64,000 nt of DNA from an uncultured Chthonomonadaceae bacterium (GCA_963817895.1 CAWFQB010000004.1:832001-896000); one strand, 5' to 3'; positions 19,840-29,990 are shown, counted from the first letter of the stretch. Translations and numbers: made by a program. The notes: generated by a model from the letters alone, not told the origin.

Positions 19840-20391
19840 CTATGCTTCCAAAAGCAATTGTTCGCGCAGGCGTTCCAGAGTACCCCTGACGCTGCCGTCT
19901 ATGATATTATCCTGCATACGGACGACCACGCCGCCCAGGATTTCGGGATCAACGCGCGTGGCAAGCTGAACATGCATGCCTGTTCGCTGTTCCAGACTGC
20001 GGATGAGAGCGGTTTGCTCGTCGGGCGTGGGCGCGACGGCGAATGTGGCTTCGGCGCGAACCAGGTGGCGGGCGGTATCGGCAAGCTGGCGCATTTCCAG
20101 TTCTACGCTCGGCAAAACGTCTTCGCGCCGCTTGTCAATGAGCAGATGCAGAAACGAAAGCGTAAGGCTGTCTATGGAATTGCCCAGCGTTTTTTGAATC
20201 ACATCGCGCTTGCGGCTGGCGGGAATCAGCGGGCTATGCCACAAATCTGTCAGGGCGGGCATTTGCCGCATCAAGTCCATGACGTTGTGAACGTCTTTTT
20301 CTACCTGATCCAGGCTGCCGGCGTTCTGCGCGGCGGCAAACAGCGCGGTCGCGTAGCGCCTGGCAGCGCGGATGTCTTGTCCTCCAGCCAT
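19840..20391 (-). CDS. atpH: ATP synthase F1 delta subunit
   Basis: AARRYATALF, VDPEILGGVVVR, IDGSVRGTLERL. Confidence 0.93.
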   Translation of the reverse strand: MAGGQDIRAARRYATALFAAAQNAGSLDQVEKDVHNVMDLMRQMPALTDLWHSPLIPASRKRDVIQKTLGNSIDSLTLSFLHLLIDKRREDVLPSVELEMRQLADTARHLVRAEATFAVAPTPDEQTALIRSLEQRTGMHVQLATRVDPEILGGVVVRMQDNIIDGSVRGTLERLREQLLLEA

Positions 20392-20393
20392 GC

Positions 20394-21167
20394 TTACGCT
20401 TCCTCCTGCCCGGTCGGGGCATTGAAACTGGTAAAATCGGGAAACGTGGTATCTTCCGTCGTAGTTGTGCCACTTGACGGCGTTCCGAATGACATAGCTC
20501 CCGATGTTAAGGGCGCAACGGGTGGCTGGTCGTCGGTGGCTGGCGACTGGCTGACTGCCCCGGCAGTTACCAGTTGCGACTGAACAATTGTGGGCGCGGC
20601 GGGCAGCACTGAAGAGGGCATACCGTTGTTTTGTTCGCTCCGGCCCTCATTGCCTTTATCGGCGACCTGCGCAATGAAGTTGTGGATGAGATTGCGCTGT
20701 ACCTGGTCATTGTTCTGCGCGCGAATGGCCTGTTCCGCCGCGTCAAGCGTGATTTGTACCATCTGCTGACGCATGATAATGCGCTGGCGTGTGCGTTCGC
20801 GTTCGATCTCTTCCTCGCCTCGCCGCTGAACCAGATGCGCGGCCTCGTTCGCGTCGGCAATGATGTCAGCGCGGGCGTTGTCGGCGTCACGAACGGCGGC
20901 GGCAATGCGTTCCCGCTGTTCCGCCTCGATACCAGCAATACGATTGGCATAATCGGTACGCAACTGCGCAATGTCGCGCAACTGGCGGTCAATCTGCGTC
21001 GTCTCGGTTTCGATGCGGGTGGCGCGGTCAGTCAGCATGCTCTTCGCGCCGGGAACCGCAAAGCGGTACAGCAGCAACGCCAACAAAATCAGACCGACAA
21101 GCGTTGCCAGCAGGTCTTTAGGATGCTCTACCAGAAATGGACCAAAACCAAAAGGATGTGCAGGCAC
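20394..21167 (-). CDS. atpF: ATP synthase F0 subunit b with a long disordered C-terminal tail
   Basis: N-terminal TM, coiled coil, operon position. Confidence 0.8.
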   Translation of the reverse strand: MPAHPFGFGPFLVEHPKDLLATLVGLILLALLLYRFAVPGAKSMLTDRATRIETETTQIDRQLRDIAQLRTDYANRIAGIEAEQRERIAAAVRDADNARADIIADANEAAHLVQRRGEEEIERERTRQRIIMRQQMVQITLDAAEQAIRAQNNDQVQRNLIHNFIAQVADKGNEGRSEQNNGMPSSVLPAAPTIVQSQLVTAGAVSQSPATDDQPPVAPLTSGAMSFGTPSSGTTTTEDTTFPDFTSFNAPTGQEEA

Positions 21168-21188
21168 GATGGAAACTCCATCTTCAAG

Positions 21189-21315
21189 GTAGGGAGTAGG
21201 GAGTAGGGAGCAGGAAGTAGAAAAACCTGTTTTTTGCTTTTTAGCAGAAATCGTGGACGGACAAACGCCGTATTGTGGCTTTTCTACTCCCTGCTCCCTA
21301 CTCCCTACTCCCTAC
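21189..21315. repeat. GTAGGGA-heptamer hairpin (35/36-bp IR)
   Basis: 21189-21224 pairs with 21280-21315. The TAG stop of the b' gene is the first repeat unit. Confidence 0.92.
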
Positions 21316-21818
21316 GCAATGGGTGTATTCTGCGCGATGCGCGTTTCGATGGTCTGGCGCAGGGCGGCGGTGTCGCCGGTGGAACCTAACGCGCTGTTGG
21401 CGGCGTTGGACGCGATACCGACGAGACGCGGGCGAAGGTCTTGAAACGCCTGAAGCTTTTCGCGCTGCATGTCGGCAACGCCCTGCTTCAGAATGGCGTC
21501 GGTTTGGGCGCGGGCATCGGTCAAAATGCGTTCGCGTTCTGTTTGCGCGGCTTTGATAGCGCCCTGAATGTGCGAACGCGCTTCGGCTTCGATCTGCGTG
21601 ATGCGTACCTGATAATCGGCCCGCAAACGCTCCATTTCGCGCTCGGTTTCATCTACGCGGCGGTGCGCGTCGGCGTTTTCACGGTCACGGCCTGCCAGAT
21701 GCGCCATCATCGGCTTCCAGAAAACCGCGTTCATGGCAAGCAGCAGGCCAAGAAACAACACGAGTTGCAGTAGGAAAATTTTAGGATCGAAGCGCAGGGC
21801 TTCTGTAATCGCTTGCAT
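21312..21818 (-). CDS. ATP synthase F0 subunit b'
   Basis: FLLQLVLFLGLLLAMNAVFWKP TM followed by a coiled coil; between atpE and atpF. Confidence 0.82.
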   Translation of the reverse strand: MQAITEALRFDPKIFLLQLVLFLGLLLAMNAVFWKPMMAHLAGRDRENADAHRRVDETEREMERLRADYQVRITQIEAEARSHIQGAIKAAQTERERILTDARAQTDAILKQGVADMQREKLQAFQDLRPRLVGIASNAANSALGSTGDTAALRQTIETRIAQNTPIA

Positions 21819-21861
21819 GCGTCTCCTTTGCTTTGATCTGGGGTGGGCCGCAGTCCAATAA

Positions 21862-21943
21862 TAGCCCTCAACCCCTAACCCCTTCCCCCATGTTGCGTAT
21901 TTCTGCTTCGCTTTGGAAATACGCTATGTGGGAGAAGGGGAAC
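21862..21943 (+). repeat. TAGCCCTCAACCCCTAACCCCTTC...TGGGAGAAGGGGAAC palindromic repeat inside an outer GCCGCAGTCCAA/TTGGACTGCGGC IR
   Basis: Same arms as 15487-15538. The loop carries an extra GCGTATTTC/GAAATACGC stem. Confidence 0.85.
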
Positions 21944-22013
21944 CATGAAGACTAGGTTCTGAGTTGGACTGCGGCGGCTGCGCTCCCCAAAACCGGAAAG
22001 CGAAAGTTACGTA

Positions 22014-22301
22014 TTAGCGGCCCATCGAAGACGACTGACCACTGGCCGCGTTGAGGGCGGCGGTGGTGTCAGGCAGTTTGCCGATGAGCAGGAAGAAGAC
22101 CAGCAGGGTGAAGATGACCAGCGACTCGATAAACGCGAAGCTGAGGATCATCGCCGTCTGAATGCGGCCCGTCTGCTCCGGCTGGCGAGCCATGCTTTCC
22201 AGACCGGCGGCAGCGGCGCGTCCCTGACCGGCAGCAGCCGAAAGAACCGCGACGGGAACGCCAAAACCAAGAGCGAGAGCCAGCGCCATGAAGTAAATCA
22301 T
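22014..22301 (-). CDS. atpE: ATP synthase F0 subunit c
   Basis: AAAGQGRAA, ARQPE loop, FIESLVIF. Confidence 0.95.
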   Translation of the reverse strand: MIYFMALALALGFGVPVAVLSAAAGQGRAAAAGLESMARQPEQTGRIQTAMILSFAFIESLVIFTLLVFFLLIGKLPDTTAALNAASGQSSSMGR

Positions 22302-22360
22302 TGTGTTTGCTTCCTTCTCTGTCCTGCGGACAGTAATCAAGTGGGTAATGAAACCGAAAG

Positions 22361-23286
22361 TTAAGCGCGGGGATAGGTGTATCCCGGCTCGTTGGAGTGA
22401 CCGTGATGCCCGTCGTCTATCGCGCCCTCCTCGCCATGCGGCCCCTCATGTTCGTGATGGGATACCAGCGAGATATAGATGCAGGTGAGCATCGAGAAAA
22501 CCAGCGCCTGTACGCCCGCCGTCAGCAGCGACAGCAGCAGAACAGGGAACTGTACCGGGAACAGGCCGAAGAGCGTGGAACCCGTCAGTTGCAGGGCCAG
22601 CCCGGTCAGAACGATGATAATAACGTCTTCGCCAAAGATGTTGCCGAACAACCGGATAGCAAGCGTGAACGGCTTGACGAGTTCGGAAATCAGTTCAATA
22701 GGGAACATCAGGGGCGCAAGCATCGGCATGGGACCCGCAAAATGCTTTAAGTGACCGCCAACCCCGTTTTGTCGCATCCCCTCATACTGCACATAGACAA
22801 ACACGATAACGCCAAGCGCGAGCGTAAGGGACAGGTTAGCGGTGGGGGAATGGAAGCCCGGCAGCAATCCCCACAGGTTAGATAGCAGAATGTAGAGGAA
22901 AATCGTGCCGACGAGGGGCGTGTACTTTTCGCCACCCGGCCCGATGATGCCGGTCGTGAAACCGTTCATAGACTCGACAATGTATTCTCCCACATTTTGC
23001 AGGCTCAATCCGCGTGGTATCCGCTGCAAACTGCGCCGCGCGAACAGCGCAAACCCGATCATCAGCAGCGCGACAACCAGCGAATTCCAGAGCAGCAGAT
23101 CGGGCGCGGGCAGTTCACCCGCAGGCGGTTCGGCTTCCGCTTCCGTTGTGCCCGTATGCGTTTCCGCTTTGCCTTCGGCGCGGCGCGTTTCGCCCTGCGC
23201 GATCATAATGCGCTTCTGGCCGATTACGGGGTACGTGCCGATCTGGCGTTGGGTAGTTCCAGTTTTGCGTCATGCTGTGGAGGCAT
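22361..23286 (-). CDS. atpB: ATP synthase F0 subunit a (probable 5' frameshift near 23230; main ORF from 23206)
   Basis: IPRGLSLQN, SPTANL, PIELISELVKPFTLAIRLFGNI, VQALVFSMLTCIY. GAGG-ATG at 23286. Confidence 0.92.
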
Positions 23287-23356
23287 AAGTGTCCTCAATT
23301 TGCTGTAGCGGCGTCAAAGATTATTACTATCGACGCTGCAACGAAATATCGGACTG

Positions 23357-23952
23357 TCAACCATCAACCAAAAACTTGCTAACCCTAGTTCCGGCGCGAA
23401 CTCCGGCGATACTTTGCGTAGCGTTCGCGGCTTTACCTGAATTGTGACCGGTTCTCGGTTCGGCTTCGGCTGCCGGTTCCGCTTCCTCAACCGGGGCTGG
23501 CTGCCTCGCGGAAGAGTAGTCGTTCCGCAAATTGCCTATAGCCTTCATGGTAATCGCGATGGGGGTCAGGCAGATGCCCGCGCAGCACGCCATCGCGGAA
23601 ACACCGGGCAGATGGGTCGCCAGATACAGCCCCATGCAGAAAATCGGCAGTTTCATAAACAGCGTCACAATCATCAGCAGGGACATGTGACGCGGCGCGC
23701 CCGACCAGGTGAGAAAAGGTACGGCAAGCATCAGCGAAATCATGCTGAACAGCGACAGCAGACGCGCCAATGAGAAATCCCCAGGCCCAATTCGTATGAT
23801 GGCTGCCGCAGCAGAGTACGAAAACAAGCAGCCCAAGCCAGAGGCTTGTTTTTACCGAACGAAGGCAGATGGTACTATCCTGCGTCTCTGGCCGCTTTCT
23901 CTGGTTGCGCAGTGTCAGGTGACTGCGTTTCGGACGTAGGATGGTTTGACAT
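23357..23952 (-). CDS. AtpI-like membrane protein (two apparent frameshifts)
   Basis: Hydrophobic segments in successive frames (LWLGLLVFVL..WAWGFLIGA; LLSLFSMISL..MKLPIF). GAGGA-ATG at 23952; operon position. Confidence 0.55.
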
Positions 23953-24044
23953 GAAATCCTCAATGGCAATCGGCCTTCATTATGACACAACACGCGCCGA
24001 TTCCGATACAATTTGCAAAATGTTTGTTTTCTTTCCCGATTGGG

Positions 24045-24422
24045 CTATTTGGGCTTGTCCTGATCGTTCATTTTGTTGATGACGTTGAGCAGACTGACAA
24101 CCCCTACAACAAACCCCAGGATAAAGAACACGACCATAATCAGGCCGTTTTTGTGAAAGCGATTTTCCAAAAACCAGCCGAGCAGTCCGAACAGAATAAT
24201 CGGCATGATGAACGAGGACGCGGCCTGGTAAGCCAGCGCGGAACCCCGAATATCAGGCGCGCTGGACGCGCCGGGTTTTGGCCGGTTCGGATGCGGCGGC
24301 AAATCCACCTTGATCCTGGGCGGTTCCGGCACATCATGCGGCAACTGCGGCACGGCTGGAAACCGTTTTAGCAGGGCATCCTCTTCGTCTTCTTCCGGCT
24401 GATTGTTCGGATTATCGGTCAT
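24045..24422 (-). CDS. AtpZ/AtpI family protein
   Basis: Two TMs (ASSFIMPIILFGLLGWFLE...FFILGFVVGV); first gene of the atp operon. Confidence 0.72.
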   Translation of the reverse strand: MTDNPNNQPEEDEEDALLKRFPAVPQLPHDVPEPPRIKVDLPPHPNRPKPGASSAPDIRGSALAYQAASSFIMPIILFGLLGWFLENRFHKNGLIMVVFFILGFVVGVVSLLNVINKMNDQDKPK

Positions 24423-24616
24423 AATCAGTGATCTGAATAGTTTGTGATGAATTTCACAACCTGCGCTGCAAATACGCGATAGGGGAGAATGGAAACCCAA
24501 TTTGCGCTTTTTACGCGCAACCTCAACTGGCAAATAGATTATTCAGTTATCCGCGCGCATGTCCTTCAAGTTCGCTTTCACATCCTTTGAAGGACATTGT
24601 GAATTCTCTCACAGAT

Positions 24617-24646
24617 AGTATAACACATACCTTTCGGCAGTGTCAA
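24617..24646 (-). promoter_or_regulatory. sigma70-type promoter of the atp operon
   Basis: TTGACA-18 nt-TATACT with a TGn extended -10. Confidence 0.65.
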
Positions 24647-24812
24647 CGCTAATTTCACCATAACAGGCGATTAGTTGTAAATATTTTGCGCCTGAAAGAA
24701 GCAAGGCGCGAAAAACGTTTTGCGTTGTTCGCGCCCTGCGGTCAAACATATTCTAAAGAAGAGGACACAACATGTTGTGTCCCTACGAACGCTTAATGCA
24801 ACCGTATTGTTC

Positions 24813-25983
24813 CTAATCCTTCGGGGTGAGCAGGTAGGCGTGAATGGAGTTGCCGACGACGCCATAACCCGCAATCTGGCCTTTCTCGTTGATGCCGCCT
24901 GCTACGATGAGTTGCCAGCCGGAACCGGAGGGGAGAAGGGTGTTGATGTCGGTGGTTTTGCCGTTTGCCCACAGGGTAGCGCGGAACACGCCACTGGCGG
25001 TTTCCGCTCCGCCCACAACCTGCCCCCTGCTATTGACGCCAAGCGCAAGGCTATTTTCGCCGCCCAATGTGCCGAGGTCTTTGATGCCGTCTGGCTGCCA
25101 GGCATAGCCGTGTACGGTTTCATCCCCTTTGAGGGTGGAGTAACCGACGACATGTGCCTTGTTGCTGATGCCGGTGGGACTGGAGAACGTGCCGCCAAGC
25201 GATGGAATGGCGCGGGACTGCTTGCCGCTCAACACAAATGTATGCACGCTTTCGCCATCTTCGGTAAAAATGCCGGCAATGTCGCTGTTATCGTTGATGA
25301 CTCTTGCGCCATTGTACTTGCCGGGGCAGGACGCGCTGATGTCGCGCATATTGCCCTCTTTCCACACGAACGCATGGGGAAGCCCCCCGGACGTAACGGA
25401 AATTCCAACTACTTCGCCCTTGTTGTTGATGCCATTCGCGGCGCTGAATTGTCCGCCAAGTGTGCCGAGTCGCGTCATTTTGCCGTTTTGCCAGACGAAG
25501 CCGCGAATTTGCCCGCCGCTGATGTCGGCAATTCCGACGACCTGCCCATTGTCATTAAGGCCGTTCGCGATGCTGAACTCGCCGCCAAGTGTGCCGATGT
25601 CGGTCATTTTGCTGCCGGAGTAGAAAAAGCCATGCACTTTTTCAAACTCTTCATCCGCGATTTCGCCCGATACCTGGCCTTTGTTGTTGACTTTATCGGC
25701 GAAACTGTACTCGTAGCCCGACACCACGCCAAGATCGGTGATGGAGTACGCGGCGCGAATAACTGGCTGAGAACCTCCGCGTCGTAAGGTGACAGGTGAC
25801 GGGCCAGAGCGTGAAAGCGCCTGCCGCCATTGCCAGCGTCAGAACCGCGAGGGTGGGACGGCGTTTGAAGTGGTACAGCCAGTAGCCCGCCAGATACAGG
25901 CCGACGACAAGGTAGCCGATGTTGCCGTGCCTGCGCAGCAGTCTGCGAAGTGGGACGGAGTTCAGAAATGGAACAGAATTCAT
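24813..25983 (-). CDS. HAF-repeat extracellular protein (apparent frameshift near 25740-25800)
   Basis: Repeated DLGTLGGxxSxAxGINxxGQVVG...HAF/HGF/HAY units; N-terminal membrane segment in another frame. Confidence 0.8.
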
Positions 25984-26005
25984 GGCACTGTGACCTTTCT
26001 GCTGA

Positions 26006-27418
26006 TTAGCGCGGCATGTAGACCGCTTTTTGCGCCGACGCTTTATTCTGAGACGCGGCTACGAGGGTTGTTAGTTTCGTCAATGTGGCGAGTTGCTGCT
26101 GCTGCGCCTGTTTTAGCGCAGCCAATTCCGCGTTCTGCTTTTGCAGGGCTGTTTTCAGCGTTGTAATTTCTGATCTCTGGTCTTCAGACTGATGGTGGGC
26201 TTTCTGAAGTTCGTTGAGCAGCATGGGCGTGAGCAGGTGGTAGTAGATGGTAAAGGGCTTGCCCTCTTTATCGTACTGCACGAGGTCAGGATAAACCTTT
26301 GCCACCTCTTCGGCAATCAGGCCGTATTGAAGCGCGTGGGCTCCCTTTTCCGCCGTGTCTTTGTATCGGAACGTAACGGGGCGCAGTTGCATCAGTTTGT
26401 CGCTGACATTGCCCATGTCCTGAATGGCGTCCTTGAAGCGGCGCGAAGAGGCAATTGTGCCGAGTTGCCCGTTCGCGTTGATGTAGACCGGGACGCCGCC
26501 GTTTGCCGTGACGCCGTTGATGCCCGCAATGTAGGCGGAATTTTGCAGACCGACTGTTCCGAGGCGAATAACTCCGGTTTCCCCTGTTGCGCCCGGATTG
26601 CCGATAGCGATGTTATTGTGGCCGGTGGTAAGCTTCTGGCCCGCGCCGAACCCTAACGCGACATTGTTATTGCCGGTCGTGTTGTTCAGGAGGGCGTAGT
26701 CGCCACTGGCCGTGTTGTAGGAACCCGACGTGTTGGAGGAGAGGGTATTCGCGCCGTTGGCAATGTTGTAATAACCCGTAGTGTTGGAGTAGAGGGCAGA
26801 GATGCCGTTGGCGATATTTTGTTCCCCGGAGATATTGGAGAAGAGAGCATAAGAACCGTTGGCCGTGTTGTAATTCCCGGTGGTGTTGGAGTTAAGGGCC
26901 TGATAACCAGTGGCGGTGTTGTTGAAAGCGGTAGTGTTGGAGATGAGCGCTTGACAACCATTGGCGGTGTTGTAATTTCCGGTGGTGTTGGACTGGAGAG
27001 CTAGACCCCCATTGGCCGTGTTGTAATAGCCGGTGGTATCAAGTTGAAGGGCTCGATAACCAGTGGCGGTGTTGCTGGAGCCATTGTTGGAGTAGAGGGC
27101 TTGTGAGCCATTGGCGGTGTTGGCACCACCGGTGGTGTTGGAGTAGAGAGCTTGAGAACCGTTGGCGGTGTTGCCGAAACCATAGATATTGGAGAGGAGG
27201 GCTTGAAAACCAGAGGCAGTGTTGTCATAGCCGATGTTGTTGGAGTTGAGGGCCTGGTAGCCAAGAGCTACATTAGAAGTTCTTGTGGCGGAGTTTGTTG
27301 ATCCGCCGGAAGCGAAAAAGGTTTGCTCATGCGAAATCAGCGGCACGACTAGCAGAGCGGATACAAGGGCGGCTTGCAGCAGGCCGGACCAAAACGGTTG
27401 GCGCGATTGGATGTTCAT
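26006..27418 (-). CDS. secreted NTAxG-repeat beta-solenoid protein with a C-terminal peptidase S74/intramolecular chaperone domain
   Basis: Signal peptide, about 15 14-aa repeats (NTANGxQALxSNTTG), SSRRFKDAI...LRPVTFRYK...YGLIAEEV, coiled-coil tail. Confidence 0.85.
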   Translation of the reverse strand: MNIQSRQPFWSGLLQAALVSALLVVPLISHEQTFFASGGSTNSATRTSNVALGYQALNSNNIGYDNTASGFQALLSNIYGFGNTANGSQALYSNTTGGANTANGSQALYSNNGSSNTATGYRALQLDTTGYYNTANGGLALQSNTTGNYNTANGCQALISNTTAFNNTATGYQALNSNTTGNYNTANGSYALFSNISGEQNIANGISALYSNTTGYYNIANGANTLSSNTSGSYNTASGDYALLNNTTGNNNVALGFGAGQKLTTGHNNIAIGNPGATGETGVIRLGTVGLQNSAYIAGINGVTANGGVPVYINANGQLGTIASSRRFKDAIQDMGNVSDKLMQLRPVTFRYKDTAEKGAHALQYGLIAEEVAKVYPDLVQYDKEGKPFTIYYHLLTPMLLNELQKAHHQSEDQRSEITTLKTALQKQNAELAALKQAQQQQLATLTKLTTLVAASQNKASAQKAVYMPR

Positions 27419-27540
27419 GAAAAACTCCTTCTCGGTTCGAGGAACAGGGCAGATCGGGATAGCGAAACAATCGTATGATGAATACGAGCAGCCGATTGCG
27501 ACAACTACAACAAATACGCGGAAAATGCGGAAAAGTTTAA

Positions 27541-27585
27541 CTCTCACCCCCGGCCCCTCGCCCAAAAACATGGGAGAGGGGAGAA
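27541..27585 (+). repeat. CTCTCACCCCCGGCCCCTC...GGGAGAGGGGAGAA palindromic repeat
   Basis: Same architecture as the copies at 53761, 15487 and 21862. Confidence 0.7.
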
Positions 27586-27594
27586 ATGAGCGCG

Positions 27595-27626
27595 AAAACA
27601 AAAAGGCTGGTCGTGTGACCAGCCTT
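27595..27626 (-). terminator. intrinsic terminator after tRNA-Leu
   Basis: AAGGCTGGTC/GACCAGCCTT stem followed by a U-tract on the minus strand. Confidence 0.75.
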
Positions 27627-27658
27627 AATACTTTAGTCTATCTATCTTTTGCGGAAGA

Positions 27659-27741
27659 TGCCCAAGAGAGGAGTCGAACCTCCACGCCCTTGCGAGCACT
27701 GGCACCTGAAGCCAGCGTGTCTGCCATTTCACCACCTGGGC
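27659..27741 (-). tRNA. tRNA-Leu(CAG)
   Basis: GCCCAGG...CTGGC TT CAG GT GCCAG, long variable arm, GGTTCGACTCC; CCA not encoded. Confidence 0.95.
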
Positions 27742-27944
27742 CTATCGAACTTAGGAACACAACATCCATTTCATTCAGGTTGATATATTATGCGGCCTAT
27801 GGTACAATTTGTCAAGACTGTAGGCGAACAAAGTAGAAACGAAAATGTTCGTTCTCACAGGCGCATAATTTAAGGGTGGGCGAACAGCGCAACGTATCTA
27901 TCCGCGCAAAAGCGTTGCTTGCAAAAGATTGGGAACCGTGACGC

Positions 27945-28904
27945 TTGATTCTCACTGTGACGCCAAATCCGTGCGTGGACAAAACGTACTGCGTGGATGG
28001 GTTTGAAGTGGATCGCGTCAACCGTCCGCAACAGACGTTTACGGGCGCGGGCGGCAAGGGAATCAATGTAGCCCGCGTGTATCAGACTTTAGGCGGGCAA
28101 GCCATCGTGACAGGTTTTCTCGGCGGCAGCAACGGGTGGATTGTGACGCGGGCGCTGGCGAGGGAACATATCAAGAACGAGTGCGTGAGCGTGGCCGGGG
28201 AAACGCGCCTGTGTATCGCCATCATCGACTCCCGAACCGGGACGCAAACGGAGATCAACGAGCGGGGGGCGGTGGGCAAAGACAACATCTCCGAACTTTT
28301 ACGGCGCGTGGAGCGTCTGTTGTCACAAATGCCCTTTCGTTTTGTCGTATTGAGTGGCAGCCTGCCGCCGGACGCGCCGGACACGATGTACGCGGATTTA
28401 ATCGGCATTTGTCGCAAAAAAGGAATTCGCGCCGCGCTGGATACCAGTGGCGCGGCACTGAAGCAGGGGTTGCTGGCCTGTCCCTGGATGGTCAAGCCGA
28501 ACCAAACGGAACTGGAAACCGCGCTGAATATTTCGCTGGACAGTCCGCAATCCGCGATTGATGCCGCGCAATATCTGCATAACGAGTATAATGTAGCGGT
28601 TGTGGCGCTGACGCGGGGCGCGGAGGGCGCAGTTCTAACAGCGCGGGGTGAAACCTGGCTGGCCGTGCCGCCGTCCATAGAATTTGCAAGCGCGGTGGCA
28701 TCAGGCGATTCTTTTCTGGCGGCGTTTTTGTGGGCATGGTCACACGGCGAACGTCCGGGCGACCCGGAGTACGCGCTGCAACTGGCAGTCGGCGCGGGCG
28801 CGGCCAATGCCGCTGTTATCGGGGCCGGGTTTTGTACGCGCGAACAAATTTTAACCCAAACGGAACGAGTAGAGGTGTGTCGTCATGCTGGCTTTTATAG
28901 ATAG
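27945..28904 (+). CDS. 1-phosphofructokinase family (PfkB) hexose kinase
   Basis: ILTVTPNPCVD, GGKGINVARV, SGSLPP, LDTSG, VKPN, ASGDSF. Confidence 0.9.
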   Translation: MILTVTPNPCVDKTYCVDGFEVDRVNRPQQTFTGAGGKGINVARVYQTLGGQAIVTGFLGGSNGWIVTRALAREHIKNECVSVAGETRLCIAIIDSRTGTQTEINERGAVGKDNISELLRRVERLLSQMPFRFVVLSGSLPPDAPDTMYADLIGICRKKGIRAALDTSGAALKQGLLACPWMVKPNQTELETALNISLDSPQSAIDAAQYLHNEYNVAVVALTRGAEGAVLTARGETWLAVPPSIEFASAVASGDSFLAAFLWAWSHGERPGDPEYALQLAVGAGAANAAVIGAGFCTREQILTQTERVEVCRHAGFYR

Positions 28905-29394
28905 TCCCATACAATTGCTGTTGGCCGCTGTGGTCATTCTGGTGGTGTTCGGGCCGCAGAAACTGCCCGAAATCGCGGGGCAGATTGGTCGCGCCCTGCG
29001 TGAACTCAAGCGCACAACGGGGGATTTGCAGGATTCGTTTAATCTTGACAACAACCATCGTTATGACCAGCACTATGACCCGCCGCACTATGACAGCTAC
29101 GGCAACCCGACCGCGAGTACGGACACCACAACGCCGAGCGTGCCGGAAAGCGATGTGTGGCAGCCGTCCACGCCCGAAACCAAGTCTATCGCCTCGTCCG
29201 CCAGCGAACCCGTACACGGGGATTTTGCCGCTTCCGCGCTTTCGGAGGGCAGCAACGATTATGTGTACGGAGTGACTGCCCCCTCCAATAGTGGAGCCTC
29301 CGCGTATGCCACGCCTTCCACTGCGGGAAGCGCGAACGGAATGGGTACGGCGCACGCGAGCGTATCGGATGTCGGCGTTTCGGCGCATATCTGA
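28885..29394 (+). CDS. TatA/TatB family subunit
   Basis: VILVVFGPQKLPEIAGQIGRALRELKR plus a long disordered tail. Confidence 0.85.
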   Translation: MLAFIDSPIQLLLAAVVILVVFGPQKLPEIAGQIGRALRELKRTTGDLQDSFNLDNNHRYDQHYDPPHYDSYGNPTASTDTTTPSVPESDVWQPSTPETKSIASSASEPVHGDFAASALSEGSNDYVYGVTAPSNSGASAYATPSTAGSANGMGTAHASVSDVGVSAHI

Positions 29395-29470
29395 GAATTC
29401 TGTGTTTGGTTTGTTTCCGGCGCATTGCCCTCTTCGGCAGCCCGATGAAGGATGAAGGAGAATCGTTACT

Positions 29471-29706
29471 ATGGTTACTCTCGCGAACATTATGAACAAC
29501 CCGACAGGCTTGATTATCCTGATCCTCGTCGTGGTTCTGCTTTTCGGCAGCCAGAAAATTCCCGAACTGAGCGAAAAGCATCGGCCAGGGCTAAGAAGGG
29601 ATTTGAAGAGGGCCTGAAGCCGGAAGATGATGAACTGCGCAAGGAACGCGAGCGTGAGACGGAAATCCGCCGACGTGTCGAAGAAGAGATGCGCGCCGGT
29701 AAGTAA
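29471..29706 (+). CDS. tatA: TatA/E family subunit (apparent indels near 29570-29590)
   Basis: LIILILVVVLLFGSQKIPEL, then AKKGFEEGLK in another frame. Confidence 0.75.
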
Positions 29707-29750
29707 ACACAAGCCTTTCACATAGAATTGGCAGGAGAATTGGTACGGAC

Positions 29751-29990
29751 ATGCACGTTTTGACTATACTGTTAAGCATCATAGAGTTTTTTGTAGCAAT
29801 TTCGCTGATTGCTATTGTGACGATGCAGGAGAGCAAGAACGACGGCCTACAGGGTCAGATTGGCACGGCGGCAACGTCGGCCTTCAAAGGCAAAGCGGGC
29901 CGCGAAGAGAAGCTGAACCTGCTGACCCGCAACATCAGCATCGTGTTTCTGGTGTTGTGCGTGATACTGGCGTACCTTGCCCACGCCTGA
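29751..29990 (+). CDS. secG: preprotein translocase subunit SecG
   Basis: Two TMs, QESKNDGLQG, REEKLNLLT. Confidence 0.88.
   Translation: MHVLTILLSIIEFFVAISLIAIVTMQESKNDGLQGQIGTAATSAFKGKAGREEKLNLLTRNISIVFLVLCVILAYLAHA

Noticed and set aside
26640..27280. CRISPR array or DGR repeats
   Set aside because: The 42-bp periodicity is coding (NTAxG repeats) with synonymous variation; no spacers, cas or RT gene.
24650..27741. Integrated island or prophage at tRNA-Leu
   Set aside because: No integrase, no duplicated tRNA 3' end (att) seen, and the tRNA terminator is intact.
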